Shown in pieces: positions 35,186 through 47,394 of a DNA stretch of 64,000 bases. The translations under genes were made by a program, and so were the position numbers. The notes below the pieces were generated by a model. That model had not been told where the DNA came from. It did not search any database and saw only the letters and a list, made by a program, of their open reading frames with translations. The stretch comes from an uncultured Nitrososphaerales archaeon (GTDB taxonomy: Archaea > Thermoproteota > Nitrososphaeria > Nitrososphaerales > Nitrososphaeraceae), in NCBI GenBank assembly GCA_963709405.1, contig CAVPXM010000013.1:32001-96000 (forward strand). Reading direction: 5' to 3'. The number at the start of each line of letters is the position of its first letter. Within the stretch, counting starts at the first letter, position 1.

Positions 35186-36965
35186 ATGAGCGCTAGCGAA
35201 ATACCAAGAACTATTCTTCAAAATGAGTCTCCTGATCCAAAGACTCTTCCAGCACCCCCCTACCAACTCAACGCCAACCATTACCTCTTGTAACATTATC
35301 AGAGCTTATCCCAGGAAAATATGCGTCTACAACAGCAAGGATTGTTTACATCAATGCAATACAAAAACAGGATGCTCTTGGAAGCAAAATGATATTCTCT
35401 GGAATATTGGAGGATTCTACTTTCAAGGTTCCTTTTATTAGTCATAGAATATCGTACCCTCTGATAAGAAATACTATCTACAAATTTAGTTCCGCTTACA
35501 TACATGAATTTCCTTCAGATAAATCGCTTTTACTTATAGTAACAGAGTATACAAAGATTGACTCCAAAAATGCTGAAGACTACAGGGATTTTATTTGGAA
35601 TCCAAAAATAGAATCAATAAAAAGACCAGTTAGGAGTGTTAGTTTGAATGGAATAATAACCACAGTACATAGCAATTCAGGGCTTGTTAAAAGATGTAAC
35701 AAATGTAAATCAATAATGTATGATACTTGTCCAAACAAATGTAGCCTAGACGCAGGATGGGGTTGGGATCTCAGAGTTTCTTCTAGACTGTATGATGGCT
35801 CTGGCTCAATTAAGATGGTTTTGACAAAAGATATAGCATCAAGAGTATTGCACAGAAACCTAAGTGAGTTAATTTTACTTGCATCTAAGGATAAGCCTTT
35901 GACGCAAAACCTACAACAAGAGTCTTCAGAATTTAAAATAAAAATTCCCGAAAGCATAGAGATAGTAGAGAGGCAGTAACTGAGAATACTTCCTCTTCTT
36001 CTTACAGGAAAAATGGAAAACTTATCGTATCTGATGGAAGAAATCTTGTTTTCTTTCCCCCCGAATTAGAGGAAGAGGAAGAAGGACATCACTTCTCAGA
36101 GCGAGTCATAAGACTATTAAAGACCTCTGATTTAGAGGATAGAAAGATAATCAAAAAATTAATCGAAAAAGCACTTGATATTAACATCAAAAAAGTAACT
36201 GGCATGAGAATGATGCAGGGAATATATCTTCTGGAAGAGCCTATTTCCTTGTATAGATGTGAAAGGGCAAAACTCTATCTTGGATTTTCTCTTCGGGTGA
36301 GTTTGATAGGAGAAGATAGTGAAGTTACAGTCGAAGCAACTCCCCAGGCTTATGTAAGAGAAAGTGTTCTTGATTATGTTAAATTAAGAAGAGAACGGGG
36401 GGCTACTGCAAATGCTGTAGTACGTAATCTTTTGACATATAGAAATAAAGTAATAGTTGCACCATCTGGAAATTATGGCTGTATCGTTGATGTTGTTACA
36501 AAAAACGCAGGAAGTCAACAGGTTTCAGAAACTGACAACAGAAGCCTTGTAGAATTCTGGAAGCAAGTATATGGAATCGAGATTTCACCTGACGAAATTC
36601 CTCTGCTTAAAGTGAAGATGATGAATTCTGAGAATGTATTTACCTATCCTCCCAGCATGTGCTTTTTTGGTAGTGACTCTTTACTCATTTACGCAAATGT
36701 TCAAAAATTTATTGAAAATAAAAAATATACTCTGAAAGCAAAAATGGATGACGTTATTCGAGAAATACTGAAGCAAGATCTAGCCATTGGCTCAACAAAA
36801 CTAGAAGTAGAGAAATTGGCTGCTTCCCAACATTCTGATGTACAAGGCCAGCTTTTACAGGAAATAAGACAGAAATTATTTGGAAGGAATGCCGTAGCAA
36901 AAGGCTCAATTATATTTGTACATGATGAGCTATGGTTCTTTCCTAATCAGATACAGCTCTCATAA
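35186..36965 (+). pseudogene. RPA/Argonaute-N-lobe fusion, copy B; two frameshifts (near 35255 and 35970)
   Basis: Colinear with 15533-17281; breaks at a C-run and an AG duplication, no internal nonsense codons seen. Confidence 0.75.
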
Positions 36966-37001
36966 AACAAACTGAGAGGATTGGTGGCGAGATAAACAAC
37001 C

Positions 37002-37804
37002 ATGTCAAATCAAGTTTCGTTTGAAATACATTCTGCATTAGAGCAATTCAATGAACACAGAAACACATTGAAGATGACTACCGGTTCGGCAGACCTTGAC
37101 TCGCTTATCGACGGTATACAAGAAGGACTATTCTATCTGTTTTATGGCAATAACCATGTGGTCTCTAGATGCAATAGTCTATACATTTCTTGTTAACTGT
37201 GTGCTGCCAATAAAACAAAGACATGGCTTTGAGTCAATGGGAGTTTGTCTTAATAATGCCGATTACTATGACCAAAGAAAGACTGCTGCACTGAGTCCAG
37301 AGAAAATAGGAGTTGGCAGCAAAATGTGCAGGTATAGATCCAAAGATTGTTTTTAAGAACCTCTATGTACATCCAGCATATAACCAGCAGCATCAACTAA
37401 CAGTTGCAGAGCAAGTTGCTGACCTAATAGAATCTAACAAGGACATAAAACTGCTGGTAGTGAATAACGTAACCAAATTCTTCAAGGAATCAAAAAATAA
37501 GATGGAAGCTGCTAATATCCTAAAGCACGTAATTGGGATACTTAGCAAGGTTTGTACCAGGAATAAGGTGGCGCTAGTATGCACAGGAAATGCAAATACA
37601 ACAGCTAGAGGAATAATATCACGACCAATAGGGGGAATATATCTAAAACATGCAGCAAATGTAATTGTACATTTCAAAGAATTCTCCAAAACCTCTGCCA
37701 TTCCCTCATTTAAGGCCACGCTAATAAAACATCAATATACAAAGACTCCAAAGTCTGCAGTTCTTTATGTGAGAAAAGCGGGAGGAATGATGCTTTTAGA
37801 TTGA
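37002..37804 (+). pseudogene. Inactivated RadA-like protein, copy B; frameshifts near 37160 and 37313
   Basis: Colinear with 17283-18072. Confidence 0.75.
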
Positions 37805-37840
37805 GTTCTTCTGTTGTTAGTAAACAAGGTGTTTTCACAG

Positions 37841-38210
37841 TTGGGTAGAATAATACCATCATTTCGACAATTATATGAGGAAATAATATCAGAACTAAGA
37901 ACGGAGCTACAGGCAGCACTTGTAGATCTAGGCCATAAAAGTGCATTTGATCTTCTATTAAAAGAAGCCTGGAATCCCGAACAGGCGAGCTATGGGGAAC
38001 TCCACCTTACCAACAGTCAGCGACAAACTAAATGTTATGGCATCAATTCACAATAGAAAGCTAATTGCAGCATTATCAAGAGAGTTAAAAGAAAAGGATT
38101 CTGAGATACAAGAACTCAAACAGAGCATCATCTCACTTGAAAATAAGCTGAATGATCTGGCTATCAATACCAAGCATAACGAGGAAGTGGAAAGACAGGA
38201 GCCGCGATAA
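37841..38210 (+). pseudogene. PPB2-like protein, copy B; frameshift near 37987
   Basis: TTG-GRIIPSFRQ; CAGGCGAGCT versus CAGGCGGCT in copy A. Confidence 0.75.
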
Positions 38211-38212
38211 TA

Positions 38213-40543
38213 ATGACAAGCTGCATTGGATGGCTTCTTGATGTTTCCATTGACAATGAACATGCGATACTATGGATAAAGACTGAGGATAACCAGATTC
38301 TCAAGCTGAGAGACTCTTATCATCCAGAATTCTATATATTACCTAGAAATGAATTTGATGGGTTACATCTTTTTCAAATTCTATCTAGAGAACAAGATAT
38401 CTCAGTAAAGAAAATTAGATGGGAGGAAAACAAGTTTACAAATCTTTTCAATAAGAGGAAGAAAAGACTAATTTACGTACAACTACAATCATCAAGATAT
38501 TATCAACCTCTACTAAAGAAGCTTGAGAATGACTGCCAAGTAAAGCAGCTATTCAATGCAGACCTTTTACATGTTCAGCAATACCTCTTTGTTAAATTAA
38601 AAATTGAGCCTACTAGCAAAGTAAAAGTAGAATACGACAGCGACTCCAGGCTGCTTAAGATTGTCAAGATTGACGATGAGGATGAAGTAAAGCCTCCCCC
38701 GTTTTCATTACTATATTTTGACCTTCGCACATGTTCAGGAATAGTTGCTTCAGAAGATGCTATCAGTCTGATTAAGGTAAAATACGCAGGAGAAGACATT
38801 ATGTTTGATGACAGTGAAGAAAAGGTGATTTTGCAGCAATTCTCTGACTATGTTCTTGAGAAAAATCCTGACATTATAGTTTGTATGGGTGATTATGATA
38901 ATGGTAAAGTACTTCGGTATCTATTTTCCAGAGCAAAGAAGATTGGGGTTGATTTGCAACTTGGAAGGGATGATGATGATGATAACAATCATTATTCTAA
39001 TACTTTAGAAAATCCTAGGATCATAGGAAGGATTTGTATTAGTAGTAGCTATAGAAAGACGACACATTTTGATGAGTTTGGCTTTGTGGGATTAATAGAA
39101 AGGGCAAGATTTGGTTTTCTTCCTTTAGAAATGGCTGCCAAATATAGTATACATCGTCTCATAGATAGCAGAAACTGCTTTGAATTAATCCAAAAAGACT
39201 TTGTAATTCCGTCTAGGATTCATAGCATTGACAACAGCAGCAATAATCACGAACATATCAGAACTATAGAGCAAATAGTTTCAGGAGACAAGGGAAGTAT
39301 GATAATATCTCCACAAATTGGGGTGCATGAAAATGTGGTTGCTTTGGATTACGATAGTGAGTATGCAAATCTAATTGTGAATCATAATCTGAGCTATGAG
39401 ACTGTCAGTTTATCAGAAGAAGAAAGCATTGTAGGGGATAGAAGAAGAAGAAGAAGAGTTGTTGTAGCAAACCAGCCAAACAAAGGATTACTTCCTAGCA
39501 TAGTAAAGCAATTTCTCAAAAGACGAATTTATTTTAAAAGATTATTAAAAGAACTTCCAAAAGACAGCAGAGAGTCTGAATGGTGTGCGCAGAGAGTTAA
39601 TTCGCTAAAGAATATACTTGTTTCTCTTTATGGTTCAACTGGTTCTCTTTGGAATAGATTCTGGAATGTGCTTGCTTTTGAGGAAATCAACAGACTATCT
39701 CGAGAAGTACTAATAAAGACAAAAGATATTGTACAAAGGCTTGGTTATGAGCTAGTTTATGCAGATACAGATTCTGTTTTTATCAAGAGCAAAACAGCAA
39801 GAGATTATAATGAAGTTATAGATACACTTTCAAAAGAAACTGGTCTTTCGATATCAATTGAATACCATTACAAGTTCTTGGTTTTACTACCATTAGAAGC
39901 TGATGAGAAGATAGAAGTACTCAAGCATTATTTTGGAATCACTTTTGATAATGAGATAGTGGTAAGAGGCATAGAGATAAGAAGACATGATATTCCTAAT
40001 TTTATAAAGCAATTTCAAACTCAGCTTCTATACACATTATTTGATTGCAAAGATTCATCTGAAATACTAACAAAAGGATATGAAAATGGCCTTTTACTTA
40101 TCACCCACGCCATAGACACAATTATGACTGGGCAAGGTCTTGATGATAAAGACCTTGTGATCTCCAAGTTGCTCAGGCAGGATATAGAAAAATACAAGAG
40201 CTTATTCCCCCATGTATCTGCGGCTATTCAATTAAGTAGGCATCCTCTCAAAGGTGATACAATTCAATATATCTATACAGATTCACAGCATAATAACCCG
40301 TTGTGTAGAGTAGCACCCATAGAGAACATACTATCAGAGTCTCTACCTCCATACGACAAGGAAAAATATAGAGAAATGGTTCTTGATGCTGCAGAAACAG
40401 TTCTAGGGTTTTTTGGGTTTGATAGGACCGTTTATGGAAATCTCAAGAGGAATAATGATGGGAGAAGAGGAAGAAGGAAATGGAGATGGTATGAAGAAAT
40501 ACGGGAACAGAGAGTAAGAGACATACATACTGAGACGCTTTAA
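38213..40543 (+). CDS. polB2: Family B DNA polymerase, PolB2 group, copy B
   Basis: Intact 776 aa; DYDSEY, KNILVSLYG, YADTDS; ExoI site degenerate (FDLRT). Confidence 0.92.
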   Translation: MTSCIGWLLDVSIDNEHAILWIKTEDNQILKLRDSYHPEFYILPRNEFDGLHLFQILSREQDISVKKIRWEENKFTNLFNKRKKRLIYVQLQSSRYYQPLLKKLENDCQVKQLFNADLLHVQQYLFVKLKIEPTSKVKVEYDSDSRLLKIVKIDDEDEVKPPPFSLLYFDLRTCSGIVASEDAISLIKVKYAGEDIMFDDSEEKVILQQFSDYVLEKNPDIIVCMGDYDNGKVLRYLFSRAKKIGVDLQLGRDDDDDNNHYSNTLENPRIIGRICISSSYRKTTHFDEFGFVGLIERARFGFLPLEMAAKYSIHRLIDSRNCFELIQKDFVIPSRIHSIDNSSNNHEHIRTIEQIVSGDKGSMIISPQIGVHENVVALDYDSEYANLIVNHNLSYETVSLSEEESIVGDRRRRRRVVVANQPNKGLLPSIVKQFLKRRIYFKRLLKELPKDSRESEWCAQRVNSLKNILVSLYGSTGSLWNRFWNVLAFEEINRLSREVLIKTKDIVQRLGYELVYADTDSVFIKSKTARDYNEVIDTLSKETGLSISIEYHYKFLVLLPLEADEKIEVLKHYFGITFDNEIVVRGIEIRRHDIPNFIKQFQTQLLYTLFDCKDSSEILTKGYENGLLLITHAIDTIMTGQGLDDKDLVISKLLRQDIEKYKSLFPHVSAAIQLSRHPLKGDTIQYIYTDSQHNNPLCRVAPIENILSESLPPYDKEKYREMVLDAAETVLGFFGFDRTVYGNLKRNNDGRRGRRKWRWYEEIREQRVRDIHTETL

Positions 40544-40581
40544 TACTAAGAAAAGGAGTTTCTTTGCAGGATTAGAAAAAG

Positions 40582-41499
40582 ATGAGCGAACTAGTACTTG
40601 TAGGATGTTCAGGATGGAATTATGGTGATACTCCAGATAAAGGGGTATGGACTGGTGTATTTTATCCAAATAAAGATACTAAAAGATTAAGGTACTATTC
40701 TCAGTTCTTTAACACAGCAGAGATGGACTCTATTTTTTATGAAAAATTCTATTCCCAAATGACTAAAGGCACATTTATTGGAATGGTAAGAGCTACACCA
40801 GAGAAATTCCAATTCTCAGTAAAAGTACCTGAGACTATTACTCATAAGAAGAGATTGGATATTAATAAGGGTGCCATGGTAGACTTTGAAGAATTTCTCG
40901 ATAAGATATCTCCCCTAAAAACTGCAAATAAATTAGGAACAATACTAATTCAACTTCCTCCAAGTTTTACTGTTAGTGATTTTAAAAATATAGAAAGTTT
41001 TCTTGATAGACTGCCATCATCTTCCTCCTCATCATCCTCATCAGGTCATTATGATTATGCTGTTGAATTCAGACATCCTTCATGGAGTACTGAAGGTCCA
41101 TGGGATATGTTAAGGCATTATAATATTGCAGCTGTGATGACAGACTCCCCTGCAAGAGAAAATTTGCAATTCCTATCAGATATTACTATAACTACGGCTG
41201 ACCATTCCTTCATTAGGTTTCATGGAAGAAATGCAAAAGATCATTACTGGTATAACTACCTGTACGGCAAAGAAGAACTAAGACCATGGGTTGAAAAAGT
41301 ATCACAGATAAAACAGCAGACTAAAGTTCTGAGAATATACTTTAACAATCATTATGGAGGAAAGGCAGTTGTTAATGCTTTGGAGTTCAAAGAAATGATT
41401 GGTATGTCACTATCGGAAAAAGAAAGGAAGGTTCTAGAAGAAGCAAAGCATTATCTTTCAAACAAATTCTTTCTGAAGGGAAAAGAGTTAGCTAAATAA
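40582..41499 (+). CDS. DUF72 (YecE-like) TIM-barrel protein
   Basis: VGCSGWNY, YYSQFFNTAEMDSIFY, QLPPSF, AVEFRHPSW, RFHGRN, YFNNH. Confidence 0.92.
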   Translation: MSELVLVGCSGWNYGDTPDKGVWTGVFYPNKDTKRLRYYSQFFNTAEMDSIFYEKFYSQMTKGTFIGMVRATPEKFQFSVKVPETITHKKRLDINKGAMVDFEEFLDKISPLKTANKLGTILIQLPPSFTVSDFKNIESFLDRLPSSSSSSSSSGHYDYAVEFRHPSWSTEGPWDMLRHYNIAAVMTDSPARENLQFLSDITITTADHSFIRFHGRNAKDHYWYNYLYGKEELRPWVEKVSQIKQQTKVLRIYFNNHYGGKAVVNALEFKEMIGMSLSEKERKVLEEAKHYLSNKFFLKGKELAK

Positions 41500-41566
41500 T
41501 CTCACTGGTTATTTCTAAACCCTTTAGTACTTCTGTTATTGTAATGCAGTTTGAAACTTAATTAGG

Positions 41567-42599
41567 TGTTGTACTTACTGACATAGGTGACATTATAGCT
41601 TACAGACATGGGTTACACTTCTGTCGGGAAGTGAATCCATATAGAAATCAGAATAAGGTTTAATCTAATACACGAAAAAGAATGGACTGGTGATACCATA
41701 TGTAATATTTGTAAGAGATATGGTGTATCCAGAAAGACTTACTACAAGTGGAATAATAGATACAAGCAGAAAGGGATAGAAGGCCTATCAGATAACTCCA
41801 GAAGGCCTCATAAAATCAACTACAGGAAGGTAACACCAGAAGTAGAAGAGACTATACTTGATCTACGATTAACTAAGAGATTTGGATGTAATAGGATCAA
41901 GTTTCGACTAAAAAGAATCATTGGAATCTCATTAAGCACCCGAACTATATACAAGATACTAAAGAGACATTGTCTTAATATCCTCATGTGTAAGGCCAAA
42001 GCAAGAACTTACAAACGGTTTGTCATGAAGCATCCAAATGATATGGTGCAAGTGGATATCCTTGGCCCTTTCTATCTGAGTAATTCCAGTCAAAGGAATT
42101 ACATCATTAGTTGCTTAGATGATTGTTCTAGGAAGGTAGCTAGCAAGTGGTCCGAAAGAAAGAGGTCAGTGGATGTTCTTAATGTATTAGAGGACTGGAT
42201 AATGATTAATGGTAAGCCTAAGATGATGATGCATGATAACGGTAAACAGTTTACATCCAGAATATTCAGACATTTCCTTATACATAATCAGATAAAAGAT
42301 AAGCAAATACCAAAATCATATCCGCAGTTACAGGGCAAAGTAGAAGCATATAACAAGATTGTAAAGAGTGAATTCATAGCATTAGAAGATATACCAAACA
42401 TAGATGATGGTAAACAAAGATACGACATGTTTGTTAAAGCATATAACGAAACCAGAGAACATGGAGGCATAAATGGTCTTACTCCATCGGAGATGTTCCT
42501 ACAAAGGTTAATTACATCCAGTACACATACGAGAACTAAACAGAAAAGTGTAACCCATGTAGGTAATTAGAAATGTAACCTATCCGTGCAAGTACAACA
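41567..42599 (+). mobile_element. IS481-family element, copy 2 (1033 bp)
   Basis: Same IRs as copy 1, TSD ATTAGG, identical DDE ORF 41986-42570. Confidence 0.95.
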
Positions 42600-43029
42600 A
42601 TTAGGGGAAGCTATCGCTTGTAAGTGGAAATATCTTAATCATGTTGTTGAGATAATAGTGTAGGAAATTAGGCTTATCTGGACAAACTCTAGAACAGTAA
42701 TTAACATTTTTTATATACGTAGTGACATAATCAACTTCTTGCAATTTAGAAAAATATTTTTAATACTCTAAAATAGTATACCTATGGCTTCCTCATCATA
42801 GTTGTAACAGATGGTCTTACGAGAAGGATCTTGGCGCTGAGTTTGTCAGCTTGTCATAAATATTGCAAATGAGACTCGAAAATTATCAAGTTCCATAGAT
42901 GGCATAAGTTTTAACCTTACATTCACATTCTATCTGTTGTAGATTACAAGCCATACCTCACAAGCCATACCTCTGGTTAAATAAATCCGGCCGTACTTCT
43001 TTTTGCTTTTCTTCTATCTTATTTTGCAA

Positions 43030-43230
43030 CATTTGCTTTCTTACCTTCGTACTGTCCTATTGTGAGCAATACCAAATGCTGCCACATCGTAAAGACATGG
43101 CTACTCTTCCTGTGAAGAAACAATGGTATCCTCGAATTTCTCAAAATACGGTACATAATTAGTATTCGCAAGCCTAACATATCTTGATTCTTTCAACATC
43201 CATATTGGATTATACTTCTACAAAGCTCTA
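43030..43230 (-). mobile_element. Transposase N-terminal remnant (IS5-like)
   Basis: ESRYVRLAN..RILRNSRIPLFLHRKSSHVFTMWQHLVLLTIGQYEGK with a frameshift. Confidence 0.5.
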
Positions 43231-44265
43231 ACGGTATTCAAAACATGGTTTCTACAGAGCCGTAATAGATCTATTTCTGTACACGGGATACCTGTGATAA
43301 ATTTGTATTCTAAGTGCAGTCTATCAGCCATGCTAGCAACGGAGCAACCAAGCAAGTTGGCACGGCATTGCACTGCAGCGTAAACCGCCATTTTATATTT
43401 TGCAGTCCAAGCAGTCACGTGGACGGGGGTAGAAATGGAACGAAAGGAAGGTAAGGGGGAGGCAATCAACATGAGGCCAAGACCAACGCTTTTAGTATTG
43501 TGCAAAATGTGTGCAAGAACTTGGAGCCCATTAGAAGACAAAGGCGCATGCGACTGGAGCTATGTCGGTACACATCAATGGAGACGATATCCTAGCGATA
43601 ACGAGCTCGATGATGGCCTATGCATATGAACCAAAATATAATATATTGGACAGTTTGATTTTCATACAAGTGTAAGTTACCAGAACTAAAGGTGCCTCAA
43701 AGGCAAGAACTTTAAACCAATCCTTCCCAAATCAGTACCATTAATTTTTAATGGGAGTAATAAAAATATGCGCTCGAACAGGTAACAATGAGAAATGACG
43801 TTCTTTTTTGATAAATAAGGAGGTCTTGGATGAACACAGTGAGTTATATCTTTACCAGCAATAATGGAAATAATACGCAAGCGCTTGCGGGTTTTTGTGT
43901 TAAGACTATGATATGGTGGGATTAGTACAAAACATTTTTTGGTTGAAGTTATCCATTACTTAGAACGGACGTATATTAATATTAAACCTAGGCCGAAGGC
44001 GACCAAACCAATGATTAAAAAGGCCATCGCGAAAACAGAAACCATAGCAACAACAAGAACCGGACGATACCAGTTTAAAAATGTGCCTGAGACTATCGCG
44101 CAGAAGGTTATCCAGATGCACAAGGAGGGTTGACCCCTCGCTTAAGTCTCTGATCATGTCATCTGACTTGGACTGGCCTAAATGACTTGATCATTTCATT
44201 CACAACTGGTAAGAATGTAGCAAAGATGGCTGGTGATGCGGTATATCAAATAATAAACCTGATGT

Positions 44266-44583
44266 ATGGAATGCATTATCTTCCCCTGCCTACAGAAATC
44301 GAGCTCTGGCAAAATATCAAAAATGAGACCATTTGGATATGCTCTTCAATACAGTCTCGAAAATGCTAGGATTGATAATGAGAATCCGGATTATGCACTA
44401 TGGGTAGAGGAAGACTATTGTTCCCCACCATTGGTTATGGAAAGAGAAAGTATGCTTGATCAATACTTTAATGATATTGCTGTGTTGCGCGTTGAATCAG
44501 AAGGAGACCGCCCAGTCCATCGCACTTGGTTTGAAAGGTTACGATGGGTTTTGAGCGTCAAAATGGCAAATGCTAAATGTTAA
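44266..44583 (+). pseudogene. Conserved hypothetical protein fragment
   Basis: MRPFGYALQYSLENAR...WVEEDYCSPPL; both ends look disrupted. Confidence 0.45.
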
Positions 44584-46736
44584 CGTTAAGATTTTTTCTT
44601 TCTATTACAATTTTCTTGATTTGCTCTGCAGCACCGATCAAATGTGCTTTTTCTTCTTTTATTGATCTATCTGTGCCAACGTCATCTTTAATTGATTTTA
44701 CCTTATAAGCGAAGTCTTCAATTTGACTTATTGTCATCGAATCATGGCCATTTGCGAATCTTAAGTTGTGGTTGATTTGCTCATGTGTTTGCCTTAATTG
44801 TTCAAAAACTTTATCTTCAAGACCTCTATTTGTTTTATTCTCTATCTCGATAATTCCATCATTAATTGATTGTTCTGCTATCTTAATTAATGCATCATAG
44901 TATCCCATTTCCATTAGCTTTTCTATGGTAGTACGAGAGTAGTCAAAGATCTTGTCATGAACTTCATTTCCATCGTCTTTGCGATCTATACGAACAACTT
45001 TAGTTAACCTAAATCGTCCTCCTAAAAGATCGTGGTAGGTTCTTGTTTGCCTATTTCTATTCTTGCTACTTGCATTATTTTTTAAGACTGCCCTTATTTC
45101 GTGACTAGGAATTCCATTTTTTTCTGCGAGATTCTTGAGTTTTTTGACTACATCATTATAATCAGTAACAACCTTTGCCACCTGCTCATCATAATCTGTT
45201 TTATCACTAAAAAGTATATTCCATTTTCTATTTTCGACAAAGTCACGATCAAATGAAGTTGGTTCTTCTTTAAGTAGCGATGGCCATAGATCTGCTATAT
45301 ACACCTCCAAATCCGGAACATCATCTTCACTAGTATCAGGTTTATGCCAATAGTCTCTATGTGCCTGTATAACTTCCCTTAGTGGTGTCGTACTTCTAAG
45401 GCTCCATCCCAAAATATATGTTCATTTTGTATCCCAGTTTTAGTATCGCTAACTCTAATTTTTGGATAGTCGAAGAAATCTGGAAATGTTCCACTGGCTA
45501 ATACATGTTCTATTTCAATACCTCTATCGTAGAATATAATATGTTTATCTTGCTCATCTCCGTATTCAGAGTGATGATGATTTGTTACCAAACTGTTTCC
45601 TCGTTCCTTTTTTTCATAACTGTCGAACGTAACGGCATCACCTGTTTGTACATCCACAGTCACTAGAAGAAATCGAGGATCAGGCTTGTCTGTTCTTATT
45701 GGAAAGTCAGCAAAGTTTTCTAGAGTCTTTTTGAGAGAGTAACCTGTTATATGTTTGTTATCAGGTCTAAAACTTTTTGGTAAGAAATTCAGATCGTCTG
45801 TGAAATCAAAGAATTTGCCAAACGCAAACCATGGTGTGATACCTGAAGCGACGTGGGATGCTCCTAAATGTTTGCACTCGTAAGACGAATAATATCTTCT
45901 TGCCGCTCGGCGGTAGCTGGGATATACCAACCATCTATAAAAAAGTCTTTCCAATAATCCGGCTCTAAATAGAAAGAACCCATGAATAGATCATACCATT
46001 CTTTAAAATATGGGTATTCAATGAAAATAGATTCTGTAAGAGTACCGGCAGACTTTTTTAAAACATTGTTTGTGACATGCAAGGTATCCCACGACCAATG
46101 ATATATCGGATTTATATCCAATGTATCGGCCACAGTAGGCCTTGGAAATTCTTGATACCTCCAAAACCTTACAAGTTCTTCAGCTGAATGTTCCCAACTC
46201 TTACTTTTAATGGCATTACTTACAACTACTGCAGCATTCATCGCACCTATGGATGCACCTGCGACAATATCAAACAAAGGTCTCTCTTCTAGACCTTTAC
46301 TACGGTGTTCTTCAGCAAGCATTTTCACTAAGGCTTGAAACACGCCAGCCTCGTATGCTCCGAGTGCCACACCCGCTTGAAATATGATGGCTCTTTGGAC
46401 TCTTTTAACTCTGATATTTACATATGATTTACTCGATATACCTTTATTGTCTGAAACTACAAGCTGAAATCTTAATGTGATGCTACGTTTAACATGTCCA
46501 TTGTTACTATCGTCTATTATATATGGCGCCTTGAATATGGGATTTGAGGAATTAGGTTTGGCTATGCTAACGTCATAATTTTCAGGCGAGACTTGGCTCC
46601 ATGAATAAGATACTTTTTCATGATCAGTTTTAGCTGTAGTTCCATGACCATTCAAAAATACTAATGAACCTTCTGAAACAGTTTGGTCTAGTCCGGCATC
46701 GGCTTCTAAGTGATTATCGTTTTTACCTTCGATCAA
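44573..46736 (-). pseudogene. PKD/Ig-like domain plus patatin phospholipase; two frameshifts
   Basis: ADAGLDQTV..YSWSQ..FQLVVSD; QAGVALGAYEAG, GASIG, WDG. Confidence 0.85.
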
Positions 46737-46869
46737 TTCATTAATCGGTAATGACGCTTTGTAAATATATCATTCTAGGTTTCAAACGGAATAATAAACA
46801 AATATTTGTAGTACTACTAACTGTTGCTTAGTTGTCAGGCTATACTGATGTCCATGCCAATAAATCAAT

Positions 46870-47160
46870 ATTCAATATTTAGAGATTAATGGTGCTTCAG
46901 AGAGCCATCAGAATAACTGTATAAAAACAAATATGGCTTTTGCGAAATTCTTGGATGCAGATCTTAACTTTTACGATATTAAAAGGAAGGATCAGATCAT
47001 GGCTTTTCTTGACACAAAAATAAAAAATTCGGACCTGGATCCTGATAGCAAATGGATTGCTACTTGGAACGATTACCTTGGGGGTATTAAATATTTCCTA
47101 AGGTGGTTGTACAACTGTAAAATACCCAAAGAAAAGAACGATGATATGGGAACGAGATGA
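46870..47160 (+). pseudogene. Integrase N-terminal (SAM-like) fragment
   Basis: FLDTKIK..DPDSKWIATWNDYLGGIKYFLRWLYN resembles Nitrososphaera-type integrases. Confidence 0.6.
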
Positions 47161-47394
47161 AGCTGCAGGCCCTCTTGATTGAAGTAAATACTATCTCTGC
47201 AATCTAGCTTCTTCCAGCATCTTTTAGCTGCTTCCATCCATTATATCCTCGCTTTCTGATAAGCAACACTTCACCTCTTCTTAACTGACATCCTTTTATT
47301 CCGATAAAAGATGCATTATTTCTAAAAATTATAACAGGTTCTATCTTCAAGTCATCTAACAAGTTATAGTAGTTAGTAATCAGCATAAGAGGAA

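Noticed and set aside
3451-42599. Composite transposon moved as one unit
   Set aside because: Each IS481 has its own matching TSD, indicating independent insertions.
42946-42973. 14-bp tandem duplication ACAAGCCATACCTC
   Set aside because: Only two units in decayed DNA; probably slippage or an excision scar.
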